A stretch of 64,000 nt of DNA from Malacoraja senta (GCA_038087875.1 JAXLNO010001347.1:62001-126000), one strand, 5' to 3'; counted from the first letter of the stretch, positions 38,057 to 52,099 are shown. The notes: generated from the letters alone by a model not told the origin. Made by a program: numbers and translations.

Positions 38057-38495
38057 GGGTGGCACGGTGCAGTAGAGGTAGAGCAACTACCTCACAGTGT
38101 CAGAGACCCGGGTTCTGTAGACCTGGTAGAGTGACTGCCTCACAGTGCCAGAGACCCGGGTTCTGTAGACCTGGTAGAGTGACTGCCTCACAGTGCCAGA
38201 GACCCGGGTTCTGTAGACCTGGTAGAGTGACTGCCTCACAGTGCCAGAGACCCGGGTTCGATCCTAACTATAGGTGCTGTCTGTATGGAGTTTGTACGTT
38301 CTCCCTGTGATCTGCATGGGTTTTCTCCAAGACCATCGATTTCCTCCCACAGTCCAAAGACATACATGGGCTTGGTGTAAATATTAAATTGTCCCAGGTT
38401 TGTGTGTAGGGTAGCGTTAAGGTGTGGGAATCGCTGTCCAGTGCGGACTCGGTGGGCCAAAGGGCCTGTTTCTGCTCTATATCTCTAAACTAAAC
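38057..38495 (+). mobile_element. V-SINE-type SINE with 48-bp tandem amplification of its head
   Basis: Unit TAGAGTGACTGCCTCACAGTGCCAGAGACCCGGGTTCTGTAGACCTGG x3.8 at 38079-38259. Confidence 0.85.
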
Positions 38496-38773
38496 TATTA
38501 ACGTGTGCACCAAATCACTGAGGAGAATAAAGTCATCGAACACAGAAACTTGTGTCATAGTTTAAAAATAAGGGATAGGCCATTTAGGAATGAGATAAGG
38601 AAAAACGTTTTCACCCAGAGAGTTGATTATCTGTGGTATTCTCTGCCACAGAAGGCAGTGGAGACCAATTCACTGGATGTTTTCAAGATAGAGTTAGATT
38701 TAGCTCTTAGGGCTAATGGAATCAAGGGTATGGGTAAAAAGCAGGAACGGGGTACTGATTTTGGATGATCAGC

Positions 38774-39262
38774 ATGCGTGCTGGCGCGGTCTTCACCCTC
38801 TGACATCTAGATTATGAAGGGTATCTTCAACTCAAAACCTCCCAGGCCTAGGGACGTAGAGATATGGGTTGTTAACATTGAGCTACGTCAATTCGCCAGT
38901 GGGCTCCAGCTACATCCCTGTCCTTGGTCAAACTCACTTACTAGTGATTATGCTCATGGCGCTGAGTTCAGCGCAACGGGTCCAGTCATTGCATAAGTTA
39001 ACACTGGATAGGAAGATCTGCGGGCAATAATAAGGTTTTATGTTTATGACTTAGTCAAGCAGAGTAGACCAGGGGCATAAGGTCAAACTAGATGTTTGCA
39101 TATCCCATGGACCTTGGGTTGTGTGGGGTCACACATCTACACCAGAATGTTAAGGTCCCTAAGAGCCTTATAGACTCTGAACTAGCAATATTGTTAGTTA
39201 CATAAAACCTCGTTAGAAGGTATCACTACAGACCATCTCCAGGGGGTTAAACAGGTCAGGCT
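38774..39262 (+). mobile_element. Decayed DIRS-type tyrosine recombinase fragment inside a CR1 tail
   Basis: Across frameshifts: HPLTSR/MKGIFNSKPPRP, MLMALSSAQRVQSLHKL, DLVKQSRPG, VSYIKPR*KVSLQTISR. These match recalled DIRS YR motifs. Confidence 0.72.
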
Positions 39263-39874
39263 TACGTGCCTACTCCTGCATCTACAGTATTTTCTATGTT
39301 TCCATGTAAATCTCACATTCCAATTAATCTCCTCTCTCAATTTTCCCACCACCCACATTCACTTGGGGAAAATTACCTTCCAGTCAAATAACCTGATCCT
39401 ACCTCACAAATGTTTATAAACACTTTAAGTGTAACATTGTTAAATGTCTTCTGAACAGAAGTGATTCATCTTCCCATTTTCTCTACCATCTCAAAAATGT
39501 ACATACTTCAGCCGGCATACCTACACTTTTACACATCCTTGCTCTTCTCTCTGATATATTCACAGCAGGTCAAGAGCACAATTGCTCAAGCCCTGAGGAA
39601 TGTATTGCTGGACTCAATATTAATCAGCAAAAGACCCATGTTCTAGGCTATGATTACATTACAAATCTATCAAACAACCTTTCCATTTTCAGTGGAAAAT
39701 AATGACATGGTGCTATAAACTTGACACAGAAATATAACATGTTGGAAATGATCCAACAGCATCTGTGGAGGTAGAGTTGCAACAATTTAGTTGCCAAATT
39801 AAATGATGAAGGTCTAGAATGCGAATTCAGATTTCCTCTCCTTAGGCTTGAACTTTTCCTTGCTTTCTAGGTAT

Positions 39875-40168
39875 TTAGTTTAATTTAGAGATACAGTGCA
39901 GAAACCGGTCCTTCAGCCCACCGAATCCTCGCCGACCAGCGATCCCCGCATACTATCACTATTCTATGCACGCTTGGGACAATTTAGAATTTTACTGAGC
40001 AAATTGGTATGTCATTGGAGTGTGGGAGGAATCCGGAGCACCCGGAGGAAACCTGCGCCTGTCATGGGAAGTACGTACAAACTCCTTGCAGACTGAAACC
40101 GTAGTCAGGATCAAACCCGGGTCCCTTGTGCTGTAAGGCAGCAGATCAGCCGCTGCACCACCGTGCCA
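39875..40168 (-). mobile_element. V-SINE-type SINE
   Basis: tggcacggtggtgcagcgg head on the minus strand; ctctaaattaaactaaa tail. Confidence 0.78.
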
Positions 40169-40281
40169 AACCATATTTTTAGCATTTCCTGCCAAATCCA
40201 AAACTGTATCAGAAGATGACTTCTCACGCAATCTTGGTCTTATGTCATTTCAAATATTGTTTTGAAAATATTACTACACAC

Positions 40282-41444
40282 TCTAGGTATGTTACAAAAC
40301 TTACCTTCAGTGGCGCTGCAGTTCTGTCACTGCCCGTGTGCGCGACTTTGGCGCTTTTGAGAGGGGGGGTGGGTTTAAAATGCGATATTTCGGCAGCCTG
40401 TTCTAAACGATCTTGAACAGGTTAAATAGTTGATGAAGAAAAATCGCTCTGACTACCGTTTTATTAAGTTTATTCAAATTAGCGCTTTATAATTTAATTG
40501 TTGGAGTAAAATTAAAATCATCTTTAAATGCCGTCAACGCCGACAACGGGACGGATTTCACGCACGGGACAAGGCAAGGTACACCGTTTATTTTTTCATA
40601 TAAACTTGCTTCTTAGGATGCCTTTAATAAAAATTTCAAGTTGCGAAAATGTGATTATGTAAATATACCAACCGGCAGTATTTTTCCTGCCGATATTGGG
40701 GTTTAATTCAGTGTAACCGCAACGTTCCAAACCAGCGCGTTCCACAAAATCCCACTCGCAAGATGATTTAAATGGCTATTAATTTACAGGAATTAAACAC
40801 TAAATTTACAGGAATTATACACAAGCTTGCGGCGTCGGGTGATGACGACATCACGCAACGCGACGCGCTACGCGATGACATTATCGTGCAACGCGACGCG
40901 CTACGCGATGACGTCATTTCGTATCACGGGGCTGTGGCGGCGGTAGTGGTGATCGCGGCGCTGTGGCGGCGGCTGTGGCGGTGCCCGTGCTGCACTCGTG
41001 CCTCACTGGCGGCGGCTGTGCGGTAGGAAAATATTTTTCAACATTGTTGGTTTTTTGTGAGCACCATGCGGTGTTGGGACCAACGCCGCACGGCCCCGGC
41101 AGTGTGCGTTTGACCGAACCCGCGGTCTCTGGCGGTCCACGAGCGGTAGATACTTCCTGTTTCACCGCCAATGATCGCAAACCCGTGAGACAGGCCTTTA
41201 ATTTCTAAGAAAGTTATGGGCTTTTGACTGTCCTTGATCACAGCTTTTGTGTTAAGTCAATGGAAAAGCAATAGGGAACAAGATACTAATTTCCGAGTAT
41301 GAAAATGGCCATAACTTTTTTAATACTGAAGATATGAAAGTGAATTAGGTGTCAAATTAAACTTCTTTTATGCTTTATCTGATGGGATAAATTGCAGACT
41401 TGATTTTTAAAATCTCAAAATTTTGTAACATTGTTACATACTCC
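40282..41444 (-). repeat. Same unclassified element, copy 2, with CpG-rich internal replacement
   Basis: Inverted copy of 1-972. Imperfect terminal inverted motif GTATGTTACAA / TTGTTACATAC; 33-bp internal tandem at 40841-40915. Confidence 0.75.
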
Positions 41445-41599
41445 AGCAAATGGTTTATGAATAATAGAAGTGACTTACTGTACCAGTTAAAAATCATTGT
41501 GAAAAACTTAATTCCCTCCAAATTTCATTCCCTTCTGTTGTGCAGCAAGTAAGAATTTCATTGTCCTATCTGGGACATATGACAATAAAACACTATCTA

Positions 41600-42345
41600 A
41601 CTGGAGTCAAGTTGGGAAAAGGGGAAGTACAACGGGATCTGGGGGTCCTTGTACATCAGTCTATGAAAGTAAGCATGCAGGTACAGCAGGCAGTGAAGAG
41701 AGCGAATGGCATGTTGGCCTTTATAACAAGAGGAATCAAATATAGGAGCAAAGAGGTCCTTCTGCAGTTGTACAGAGCCCCAGTGAGACCACACCTGGAG
41801 TATTGTGTGCAGTTTTGGTCCCCTAATTTGAGGAAGGACATTCTTGCTATCGAGGGAGTGCAGCGTAGGTTTACAAAGTTAATTCCCGGGATGGCGGGAC
41901 TGTCATATGCTGAGAGAATGGAGCAGCTGGGCTTGTACACTCTGGAGTTTAGAAGGATGAGAGGCAATCTCATTGAAACATATAAGATTGTTAAGGGCTT
42001 GGACACGCTAGAGGCAGGAAACATGTTCCCGATGTTGGGGGAGTCCAGAACCAGGTGCCACAGTTTAAGAATAAGGAGTAAGCCATTTAGAACGGAGACG
42101 AGGAAACACTTTTTATCACAGAGAGTGGTGAGTCTGTGGAATTCTCTGCCTCAGAGGCAGGTTCTCTGGATGTTTTCAAGAGAGAGCTAGATAGGGCTCT
42201 TAAAAATAGCGGAGTCAGGCGATATGGGGAGAAGGCAGGAACGGGGTACTGATTGGGGACGATCAGCCATGATCACATTGAATGGTGGTGCTGGCTCGAA
42301 GGGCCGAACGGCCTACTCCTGCACCTATTGTCTATTGTCTATAAC
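41600..42345 (+). mobile_element. CR1 3' fragment
   Basis: GVKLGKGEVQRDLGVLVH...RPHLEYCVQFWSP; tail (CTATTGT)n. Confidence 0.9.
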
Positions 42346-43199
42346 ACTCTTGACTCTTGAACATGTGAGGAAGGGTCTCAACCTGAAATGTCACCTATTT
42401 CTTTTTGCCAGAAATGCTGCACTGAGTTACTCCAGCATTTTGTGTCTATCTTCAGTGTAAACCAGCATCTGCAGTTCCTTCTTACAAAGATGTTCCTCTA
42501 CCACCTGAGTTCCTACAGTAGTTGTTTTTATGATACTAGGTTGACATGCAATTGAGACATGCTGTGAGCTTTCCTTCAAAGCAGGAGGACAATTAAACCC
42601 ATATGCTCAATTCATGCACATTTTTACCAATGACGTATTGTAAAGCCTTAACAGTACAATTTGCATTCAGCTTTCAGATAATGCATTCGACCACAAACAG
42701 ATGTCTATCTCATTAAATTCTACCAGATAAGGCTTGGAAAGTCTGAAAAGGGGTCTCGACCCGAAACGTTACCCATTCCTTCTCTCCAGAGATGTTGCCT
42801 GTCCCACTGAGTTACTCCAGCTTTCTGTGTCTATCATTGAAAGACATTCTCCCTCCCCCACACTTCCTGCAGCTTGACATGCTTCTTTTTTTTCTCCTGG
42901 AAAAAGACACAAAGTGCTGGGACAACTCGACGGGTCAGGCAGTATCATTGGAAAACATGGATATGTGGTGTTGTGGAACAGGATCCTTCTTCAGACTCAT
43001 TGTGGGAGGTTGGGGGGTGGTATGGGTATTGTAGAGCGGAAGGGAGAGCGGGAGATGAAGGAAACTGGATGAAAGGAGGGGCAGGTAATAGGTGAACATA
43101 GGTGAGGAGGCGGTAATGGGGGGAGCTGATAGGGAGATTATTTGACAAGGGCCAGAGTTAAAAATACAGAAGGTGTGCAACAAAATAATTGAAAAGTTG

Positions 43200-43770
43200 C
43201 AAATGGCAAATTTAGAAGGAAGGGGGTGAGGAGGGAAATAGGTGCTAGTCCAGGTGGACTACAGGGGAGGGGGGCAACAGTGGGGAGAAATATGGGTGTG
43301 GGGGAGAAAGGGGAGGAGGAGGAGAGTAGGGCTTAGGTTTCCTAAAATTGGCGAGTTCAATGTTCACACCATCAGGTTGAAAGCTACCCAAGAAGAATGT
43401 TAGGGGCTGTTTGCATGTGACCTCACACTGGCAATGGAGGAGACCCAAAACAGAAAGGTCAATATGGCAATGGGAAAGGAAGTTCAAACGGTTAGCAACC
43501 TGGAGATCCAGTGCAGAAGTCCATGGCAGATGCAGTGCATGTTTTCGGCGAAATGGTCGTGGAGTCAATGCTTGGTCTCGTCGATATACAGGAGGCCACA
43601 TTGGGAACACTGGATGCAATAGATCAGTTTAGAGAAGGTGTACATGAACCTCGTCTCACCTAGAAGGGCTGCTATGGTCCCTCGAGGCAGACCACAGAGG
43701 AGGTACAGGAACAGATGTTACATCCGCAGTTGCAGGGGAGATTACCTGGGATGCGATGGTTTGGGTGGGA
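43200..43770 (-). mobile_element. Degenerate Penelope-like fragment
   Basis: DLSVLGLLHCQ...LGSFQPDGVNIE in ORF 43245-43619. Confidence 0.75.
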
Positions 43771-44551
43771 AGTGATGAGAATTTTAGGTAACCTACCCCC
43801 CAATTTCTTCCCCTCCCCTGTGCCTCATCTGGACTTGCATCTATTTCTGCTCTCCCCCGTCACCTTCACATTCCTCTATTCTCACAATTCACCATTCTTT
43901 AATTCCTTTTGTCTTTTCATCTCTGGCCTTTGTCCAATCATTTGCCTGTCGGAAAATCCTCTCTGCAACATTTTAGTTTAGTTTATTGTTACGTGTACAG
44001 AGGTACAGTGAAAAGCTTTTGTTGCCTGCTAACCAGTCAGCATAAAGACAATACATGATTACAAACTAACCATTTACAGTGTAGAGATACATGATGAGGG
44101 AATAACATTTAGTGCAAGGTAAAGCCAGTAAAGTCCGATCAAAGAAAGTACGAGGGTCACCAATGATGTAGATAGTAGTTCATTTTGGTATCTATCACCT
44201 ATCATCTGCCATACTTTGTTCATCCCCTCCTCTCTTCTAGCTTTATTTACCCCCACAATCAGTTTGAAGAATGGTCCTGACCCAAAACCTTAGCATCCCA
44301 CGCTCTCCATTAATGCTGCCTGTCCCACTGAGTTATTCCAACACTGTATCTTTTTATGTTAACCAGCATCTTCAGTTCCTCCTTTCTTCTTTCTCCTCCT
44401 TCCCAGTCCTGAAGGGTCTCTGGCCTGAAACATTAGCTCTGCTTTCCTGCCCACAGATGAGGCCTGACCTACTGCATATTGCCAGTGTGTTCGGTATTTT
44501 ACTAAAGTCAATTTTAATAATACTACTCCTGCATGCATTAATGAATTTTCT

Positions 44552-45240
44552 TTGTCGGGTCTCCGTTGTCGTTGGGGCTGGGCAACGTGGAGCGGCCTCC
44601 AGCAGGAACGACCTGGGGCTCCCGTGGAGCTGCGGACTACTCACCGTCGCGGGGCTGGCCGAGTCCGGAGCGGGTGGAGCTGTGGTGGAGACAATCGCTG
44701 CTGCTACCCGACCGCCGGAGATTCGGAGGCTACAACCGCGGGTCTGGCGGACGGCAACACTGGAAGCCCGCGGGTCCCCTGGTGGGAGACTGCTTTTCGG
44801 GGCTTCCGCAGCGGCGACTTCTCCCGCCCGAGTTGCGGGGTTGAGGAGCACCTGGAGCGGGGCTTTATACCCCCGCGCGGCTTGGAATGGCTGCCGGACT
44901 TTGCGGGCGAGCGCCGGGGCTCTAACACCAAGACCCGGTGCGCGACCTTGCATCACCCGACGTGGCTTTAATGGCTGCGGGACAATCACCATCGCCCGCC
45001 GGGGGCTTTGACTTTGACTCTGACATCGGGGGGGGGGGGGGGGAGTGCAGTGGAGAGATACGTTATTTTTGCCTTCCATCACAGCGCTGTGATGGATGTA
45101 TGTGTAAATTGTGTTGTGTCTCGGGTCTTCTTTGTTTTGTATTGTATGGCTGCAGAAACGACATTTCGTTTGGACCTCAAGGGGTCCAAATGACAAATTT
45201 GTCCCTCAAAAGACAAATAAATTGAATTGGAATTGGAATT
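44552..45240 (+). mobile_element. GC-rich retroposon, 5'-truncated
   Basis: TGCCTTCCATCACAGCG at 45070; 3' stem-loop TTTGGACC-TCAAGG-GGTCCAAA; (GAATTG)n tail. Confidence 0.6.
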
Positions 45241-45519
45241 ACTATCCTTTTCAACTATGTTCAAGGTATGAACATTTCAGCATGCAATTCTACCGTAAAA
45301 AGATCATAAAAATACCAAACAACAGTGTTATTCAAACAAGTAGTTAATATCGAGACATGTTGGAATCTTGAGCAATGAAATACTGGAGGAACTCAGTGAG
45401 TCAGGGAGCATCCGTGGCTGGAATGGACAGGTAATGTTTTGAGTCAGGACCTGTCTTCAGTAGTTTAAATAGTTTTGAATCTAGCTACTTGCAATAAATC
45501 AGTAATTTTAGTGGGTGTT

Positions 45520-45832
45520 AAGGTTAGTTTAGAGTTATAGCGGAAACAAGCCCTTCGGCCCACTGAGTCCATGCTGACCATTGATCTCCCATTCACTCTA
45601 GTTATTCCACTTTCTTGTCCACTCTTTATACACTAGGGGCAATTTACATAGGCCAATTAACCTACAAAGCTGCATGCCTTTGGGTTGTGGGAGGAAACCG
45701 GAACACCTGGAGGAAACCCACTCGGTCACAGTGAAAATGTGCAAACTCCACCTAGACAGACCTGAAGTCAGGATTGAACCTGGGTCTCTGGCGCTATGAG
45801 GTAGCAACTCTCTACCATTGCACCACTGTGCT
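45520..45832 (-). mobile_element. V-SINE-type SINE
   Basis: Core tgggaggaaaccggaacac and head gcacagtggtgcaatggtagag in reverse. Confidence 0.78.
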
Positions 45833-48800
45833 GTACTTCACAAAACCCATTAGCCAGATCAACACACGTAAATGGCAAAGAAAATCAAAGGAGCATTGGC
45901 GGCCATGGGTACCTGTGTTATATGGAAAATAAATTGGGAGGAATAGGACTGATGAATGAAAGAATGATTGAATGATACTCTATTGTCACATGTACCCAAG
46001 GTATCTGTGTATAGTGAAATGCTTTGTTTTCCATACAACCTCAGTCTATCCTTGACCGGACTTTGCTGGCTTCACCTTGCATTAAACATTATTCCTTTAT
46101 CATGTGTCTCTACACTGTAAATGCATTGATTGTAATCATGTATTGTCTTTCTACTGACTGGTTAGTAAGCAACAAAAAGCTTTTCACTGTACCTCGGTAC
46201 ACGTGACAATAAACTAAACTGAACCTAGGCAGTACAAAAATGTCGTCATGTGTTGGCGCAGACAAAGTTTCAAAGTACCGAACAGTCCTATCCACTGCCT
46301 GTTGCCGCACATGGCAACAGACCCCATCCCCACCAGTTCCCCCTTTGTTCTTAGTGGCGCCCCCATCCCCACAGTTCCCCATTTGTTCTCGTCCCCCTCA
46401 ATGGGACAGCCTCCCTGTGCTGAATGCCCTATGTCTACAATGTTCTAAGTATAAGATTAGATTAAGCAATGCTCACTGTTGGACTTTTTACCTGCAAACC
46501 TTTATTACTTTGTTGGTCTGTTTGAATACAAACATTCTTGGGTGTTCTTGTCTGTACAAACTAAAATGTGTTGGTTTCTCTGTGACGTTTGAATTCGGGT
46601 ATCATGCTCACCAATCTTTTTTAGCAGATGCAGCATGGAAACAGGCCTTTCTGCCCACTGAGTCTGCACTGACCATCAATCACCCATACACTAGTTCTAT
46701 GTTTTCCCTGTTTCACATCCAACACACTCAGGGCAATTTACAGCGGCCAATAAACCTACAAACACACACGTCTTTGGAACGTGGGACGAAACAATAGACA
46801 ATAGAGAATAGACAATAGGTGCAGGAGTAGGCCATTTGGCCCTTCGAGCCAGCACCGCCATTCAATGTGATCATGGCTGATCATCCCCAATCAGTACCCC
46901 GTTCCTGCCTTCTCCCCATATCCCCTGACACCGCTATCTTTAAGAGCCCTATCTAGCTCTCTCTTGAAAGTATCCAGAGAACCTGCCTCCATCGCCCTCT
47001 GAGCACCCAGAGGAAAGCCGAGCGGTCACAGGGAGAACGTATCAACTCCATACAAACAGAACTCATTGTTGGGATCCTTCTTGTGTCTGTGTAGGAAGGC
47101 ACTGCAGATGCTGGCTTACACCAAAGATAGAGACAAAATACTGGAGTAACGCAGTGGAACAGGCAGCATCTATGGATAAAAGGAATGTATCTTCTTGTAC
47201 CCCACTCATTATATATTAATTTATTGTAATTGGAGCAGTCTGCAAAACTCTCCATAGACAAGAACAAGTGTTTATGTGGATTGGCTACCATTAAACACTA
47301 GTCCCCTGCAATAAAATGCAGATTTAGGATTTTACAGATCAATACTTTGAGGGCCCCGTTTACAATGATATGTACATCCCATCATTTAGAATGCCCCTTC
47401 ACCTACTCTTTTGAAGCCTTCTCCACACATATAGTCACAGAGACACACAAACAGAACCTTCAGCCGACAGTCCACTCTGACCATGAAGCACTCATTCCAT
47501 ACCATTCCATCCCACCATTGAATAGATCTACAGGAGGTGCTGCCTCAGAAAGACAGCTAATATCATCAGAGACCCACACCACCCTGGCCATACTCTCAGG
47601 GCCAGCCACCCTGGACCAGGAATTCGCCCGGAAGATCTGGCCCATCCATCACGGACTGAGTTCTTGCTCGCTGTGGACCGTGGATGGAGGACCCACCTGG
47701 AAGGCCCAGCTTGCCCGCCCAGAGTGTAAGGAGTCAGATGGATGGCTTATAGGCAGACAAGCTGCGGGAGGGAATGGACTGCCTCAACAATGGAGTGGGT
47801 GCTGGAGGCCCTACAGCAGCCTGGGGCTTGGCTGTTCCAGGCGCTGCTCCAAGAGGCCGGGCACATGGACCAGTTGCGCCCTGCAGCAGTAGAGGACACC
47901 ACAGCTTTGATTGGACAGGTCAACCCTGCAACAACACCAGGACAATGGGCCTCATGGTCAGGCCAAGAACCCTCACTTACAACAACTGGGACGTGAAAAT
48001 GGCACCATAAACTGGCGACACTGTATACTGTCTCAGCGTACTACTGCTATACACTTGTACTGTATCTGAGATGCTTATCTAAGATGTATCTAAGGACATA
48101 TATAGTGATACTTGTACTAAACTGTATACAATAATGAATTTCACTGTACCTCAGTACTTGCCACATATAAAATACCATTGAACCAATCAACTGCCTCTGA
48201 GGTTAGAGAGCCTGAGAACTGTTAGCTCCAGGTTTAAGAGCAGCTTTTTTCTCATGAGCAGCAGACATTTAAACACTGCACAATACTAACCACAACCTTA
48301 CCTCAACAACTCTGATCTGTGATGGACTTTATTTTGGTTGCAGTAAGGACGTTTTGTTTTTCCACTGTTATGGTCTGGTTACCTAGTATAACTAATATTA
48401 ATTAATTGTACCATTGATTGTTGTATATTTAATATATGTATAAGAATGTCATTGTTCCATTGCCAGTACAGATGACAATTAAACTCTTGCTCTTGACCAA
48501 TTAATTCTTATTCTCTGCAAATTCCCATCATCTCTCTCCAGATTCTATCACTTACCTACAAATGACAGTCAATTTACACTGTAGAAACAAGGAACTACAA
48601 ATGTTGGTTCACAAAAAGTTGCAAAGTGCTGGAGCACCTTAGTGGGTCCGGCAGCATCCTTGGAGAACATGGATATGTGATGATGGATAGATGTTTCGGG
48701 TCAAGACCCCTTCTTCACTCTGTGGAAGGGTGTTTACCCTAAACGTCATCTAGCCACGTTCTCCGGAGATGCTGCCTGACCAGCTGAGTTACTCCAGCAC

Positions 48801-50184
48801 ATAGCGATAGACACAAAATGCTGGAATAACTCAGTGGGACAGGCAGAATCTCTAGAGAAGGAATGGGTGATGTGTCAGATTGAGGCCCTTCTTCAGACTT
48901 TGTCATCATTGTGCTAGCTTGCTCCAATCCCATTCACCCATCATTTTTCTGATTGAAAAATATTCAGATTTCAAACTCTGATGATTGTATTTAAATATCT
49001 AAGACCAACAGCTCTTTCATTCAAAACATATCTTTCAATCATTTGTTCTTATATCTCTCTATATCACCGCCTGTATCTCTCGTTTCCCTTTCCCCTGACT
49101 ATCAGTCTGAAGAATGGTCTCGACCTGAAACGCTACCTATTCCTTTTCTCCAGAGTCGCTGTCCGACCCGCTGAGTTACTCCAGCATTTTGTGTCTATCT
49201 TCGGTTTAAACCAGCATCTGCAGTTCCTTCCTACGCAGCTCCTCCCTCGGCATGCATACAGTCCATACAATTTCACAGTTGAGGTTAGCGTTGTGTAGTG
49301 TTCAAGTGCGTGATAGTTGTTGGGAAGAAGCTATTCTTGAACCTGGTTGTCATGGTTTTCAAACACCTATACTTTCTTCCCCATGGTGGGAGGTAATGAA
49401 AGTGTGGCCAGGGGGATGATGTTGCCTTCCTTTTTGAGGCAGCGTCTTGTGTGGATCCCTTCAATGGTGGTGAGGTCAGAACCCACGATGAACCGGGCAG
49501 TATAACTTCCTGATTATTCACAAATTTAAGTATTTCATCTGAAGAGCAGGCCTAAGTCATAGAATTGCTCTCTAAATATCCCTTCCTTTAAGATGCACCT
49601 TAAATGTTTATTTTGCTAATTGTCATGTCATGCCATTATACTGCTCGAAGTAAAATGTTACAGAATAATACTCTTACGAATCTCATTGAAGCATTTTCCT
49701 AAATTGGAACTGCTATAAATGTTATTCTTTATATCTAAGCCTGTTTCCCCTTTCACCAAATTAGAATATTACCATCAAAGGAGAATGTCATTGTTTTGTT
49801 TGGCTCTGGAGATGCGTGTTGGAATGTGATCATTAAAATCTTCTTGTATATTGAACCCTGAACTACACTATACTCAGCTATGATTAATGAACAAAATAAA
49901 GACAAAGTGTTGGAGTAACTCAGCAGATCAGGCAGCATCGCTGGTGAGAATGGATAGGTAATGTGTCGAGTCGGACCCTGTAGACCTATGGACTGTCTTT
50001 GGTTAAACTAAGCATTTGCGGTGTATTTGCACATGTATTGGGATTATCAATTAACTGAATTTTTAGTATGTTATCTATTTGTATTGTCTTACAGGTCTGC
50101 TACATGAATGTCATTGTTTTGTAGTCAGCACATTGAACATTCTATACTATCTTTCCTTCTGGACTCTCTTGTGGAGTGGGATCA

Positions 50185-52099
50185 AACCTAACATAAGCAA
50201 AATGTTGCCATTCATCCTTTGTTCCCAATCTCTGATATTCTATAAGATCATAACCGATCCTCTAGCAGACCACCAATTTTCTGAATTCCGGATTCCTTTT
50301 GTATCCAAGCATATTCCTATCCCTGCCTCAAGCATCTGATTGACTTAAAGCCCACAGCCTACTTGGACAGAGAATTTGAAAGACTAATTAAAACTAATTT
50401 CATCTCATTACTGCACTGAATTCAATGATTCAATGATATTTTATTGTCACATGCACCTAGGCACAGTGAAATGCTTTGTTTCGCATACAATGGTAAAATC
50501 ATATAGCAGACCTAAACTAGACAATACACAAGTATCACCGTGTTTTGGTGCCATAAGAATGTCTGAACCCTTATTTTTAAACTGTGAATTTTGGTTCCAG
50601 ACACACCAGTCTGGGAGAAATAAAAAGATCATCCCTCATGTTCTGAACTTTGACTCACTTCATAAGTCAAAGGTGCAGAATTTGGTTGGTCGACCCATCG
50701 AGTTTACTCCACAATTTAATCATGGCTGACCTATCGTTCCCTCTCAGTGCCGTTCTCCTGTCATCTCCCTGTGACCTTTGACACTCTTACAAATCGGGCG
50801 GCATTTTCTGTTTTTGTATTCCAGTCCTCTTGATATAAATCACCTTCCTGACTACCGATTCAATTTGCAAATTAACCTTTTGAGAGTCCTGCACCAACAC
50901 TCCCATGTCACTGTGTGCCTCCGATTTCTGGATTCTCTCTCCATTTGTAAAATAATCTACGCCTTTATTCTTATTACCAAAATGCATGTCTCCACACTTT
51001 GCTATACTGGATTTCATCTGCCACTTCTCTGCCCACTCTCCTAACCTGTACACGTTCACATTACAGGAGTAGAATTAGGCCATTCGGCCCATCGAGTCTA
51101 CTCCACCATTCCATTATGGCTGATCTGTGCCTCCTAATCCCATTTTCCTGCCTTCTCCCCATGATAACCCATTCTAATCAAGAATTTGTCGATCTCTGCC
51201 TTAAAAATATCCACCAACTTGGACTCCACAGCCCTCTGTGGCAATGTGTTCCACAGATTAACTACCCTCTGACTAAAGAAATTCCTCCTCACCTCCTTTC
51301 TAAAAGAGCACCCTTTAATTCTGAGGCTATGACCTCTGGTCCTAGACTCACCCACCAGTGGAAACATCCTTTCCACATCCACTCTATCTTTGCCTTTCAT
51401 TATTCTGTCAGTTTCAATGAGGTTCCCCCCTCAACCTTCTTACCTCCAGCGAGTAGAGGCACAGTCCTGTCAAACTATCATCATATGCTAACCCACTCAT
51501 TCATGGAATTATTCTTGTAAACCTCCTCTGAACCAGAGCCAGCACATCCTTCCTCAGATAGGGGGCCCAAATTTCCACACTGTACTCCAAACGTGGCCTG
51601 ACCAGCGCTTTTGAAGCCTCAGAATGACATTTCTGTTTTTGTAATCCAGTCCTCTTGATATAAATCACCTTCCTGACTACCGATTCAATTTGCAAATTAA
51701 CCTTTTTGGGAGTCCTGCACCAGCACTCCCATGTCACTGTGTGCCTCCGATTTCTGGATTTACTCTCCATTTGTAAAATAATCTACGCCTTTATTCTTAT
51801 TACCAAATGCATGTCTCCACACTTTGCTACACTGGATTTCATCTGCCACTTCTCTGCCCACTCTCCTAACCCGAACAAGTCCTTCTGCAAAGTCCTTGCA
51901 TCCTCTACACTGCCTGCCCCTCCACCTATTTTAGCATCATCTGCAAACTTGGCCACAAAACTTTCAATCCCCTTCCAGTGGAAGTGGTGGAGGCAGGTTC
52001 GATGTTATCCTTTAAAAATAGATTGGATGGGTATATGGACGGGAAAGGAATGCAGGGTTATGGTCTGAGTACAGGTAGATGGGACTAGGGGGAAGTTAA

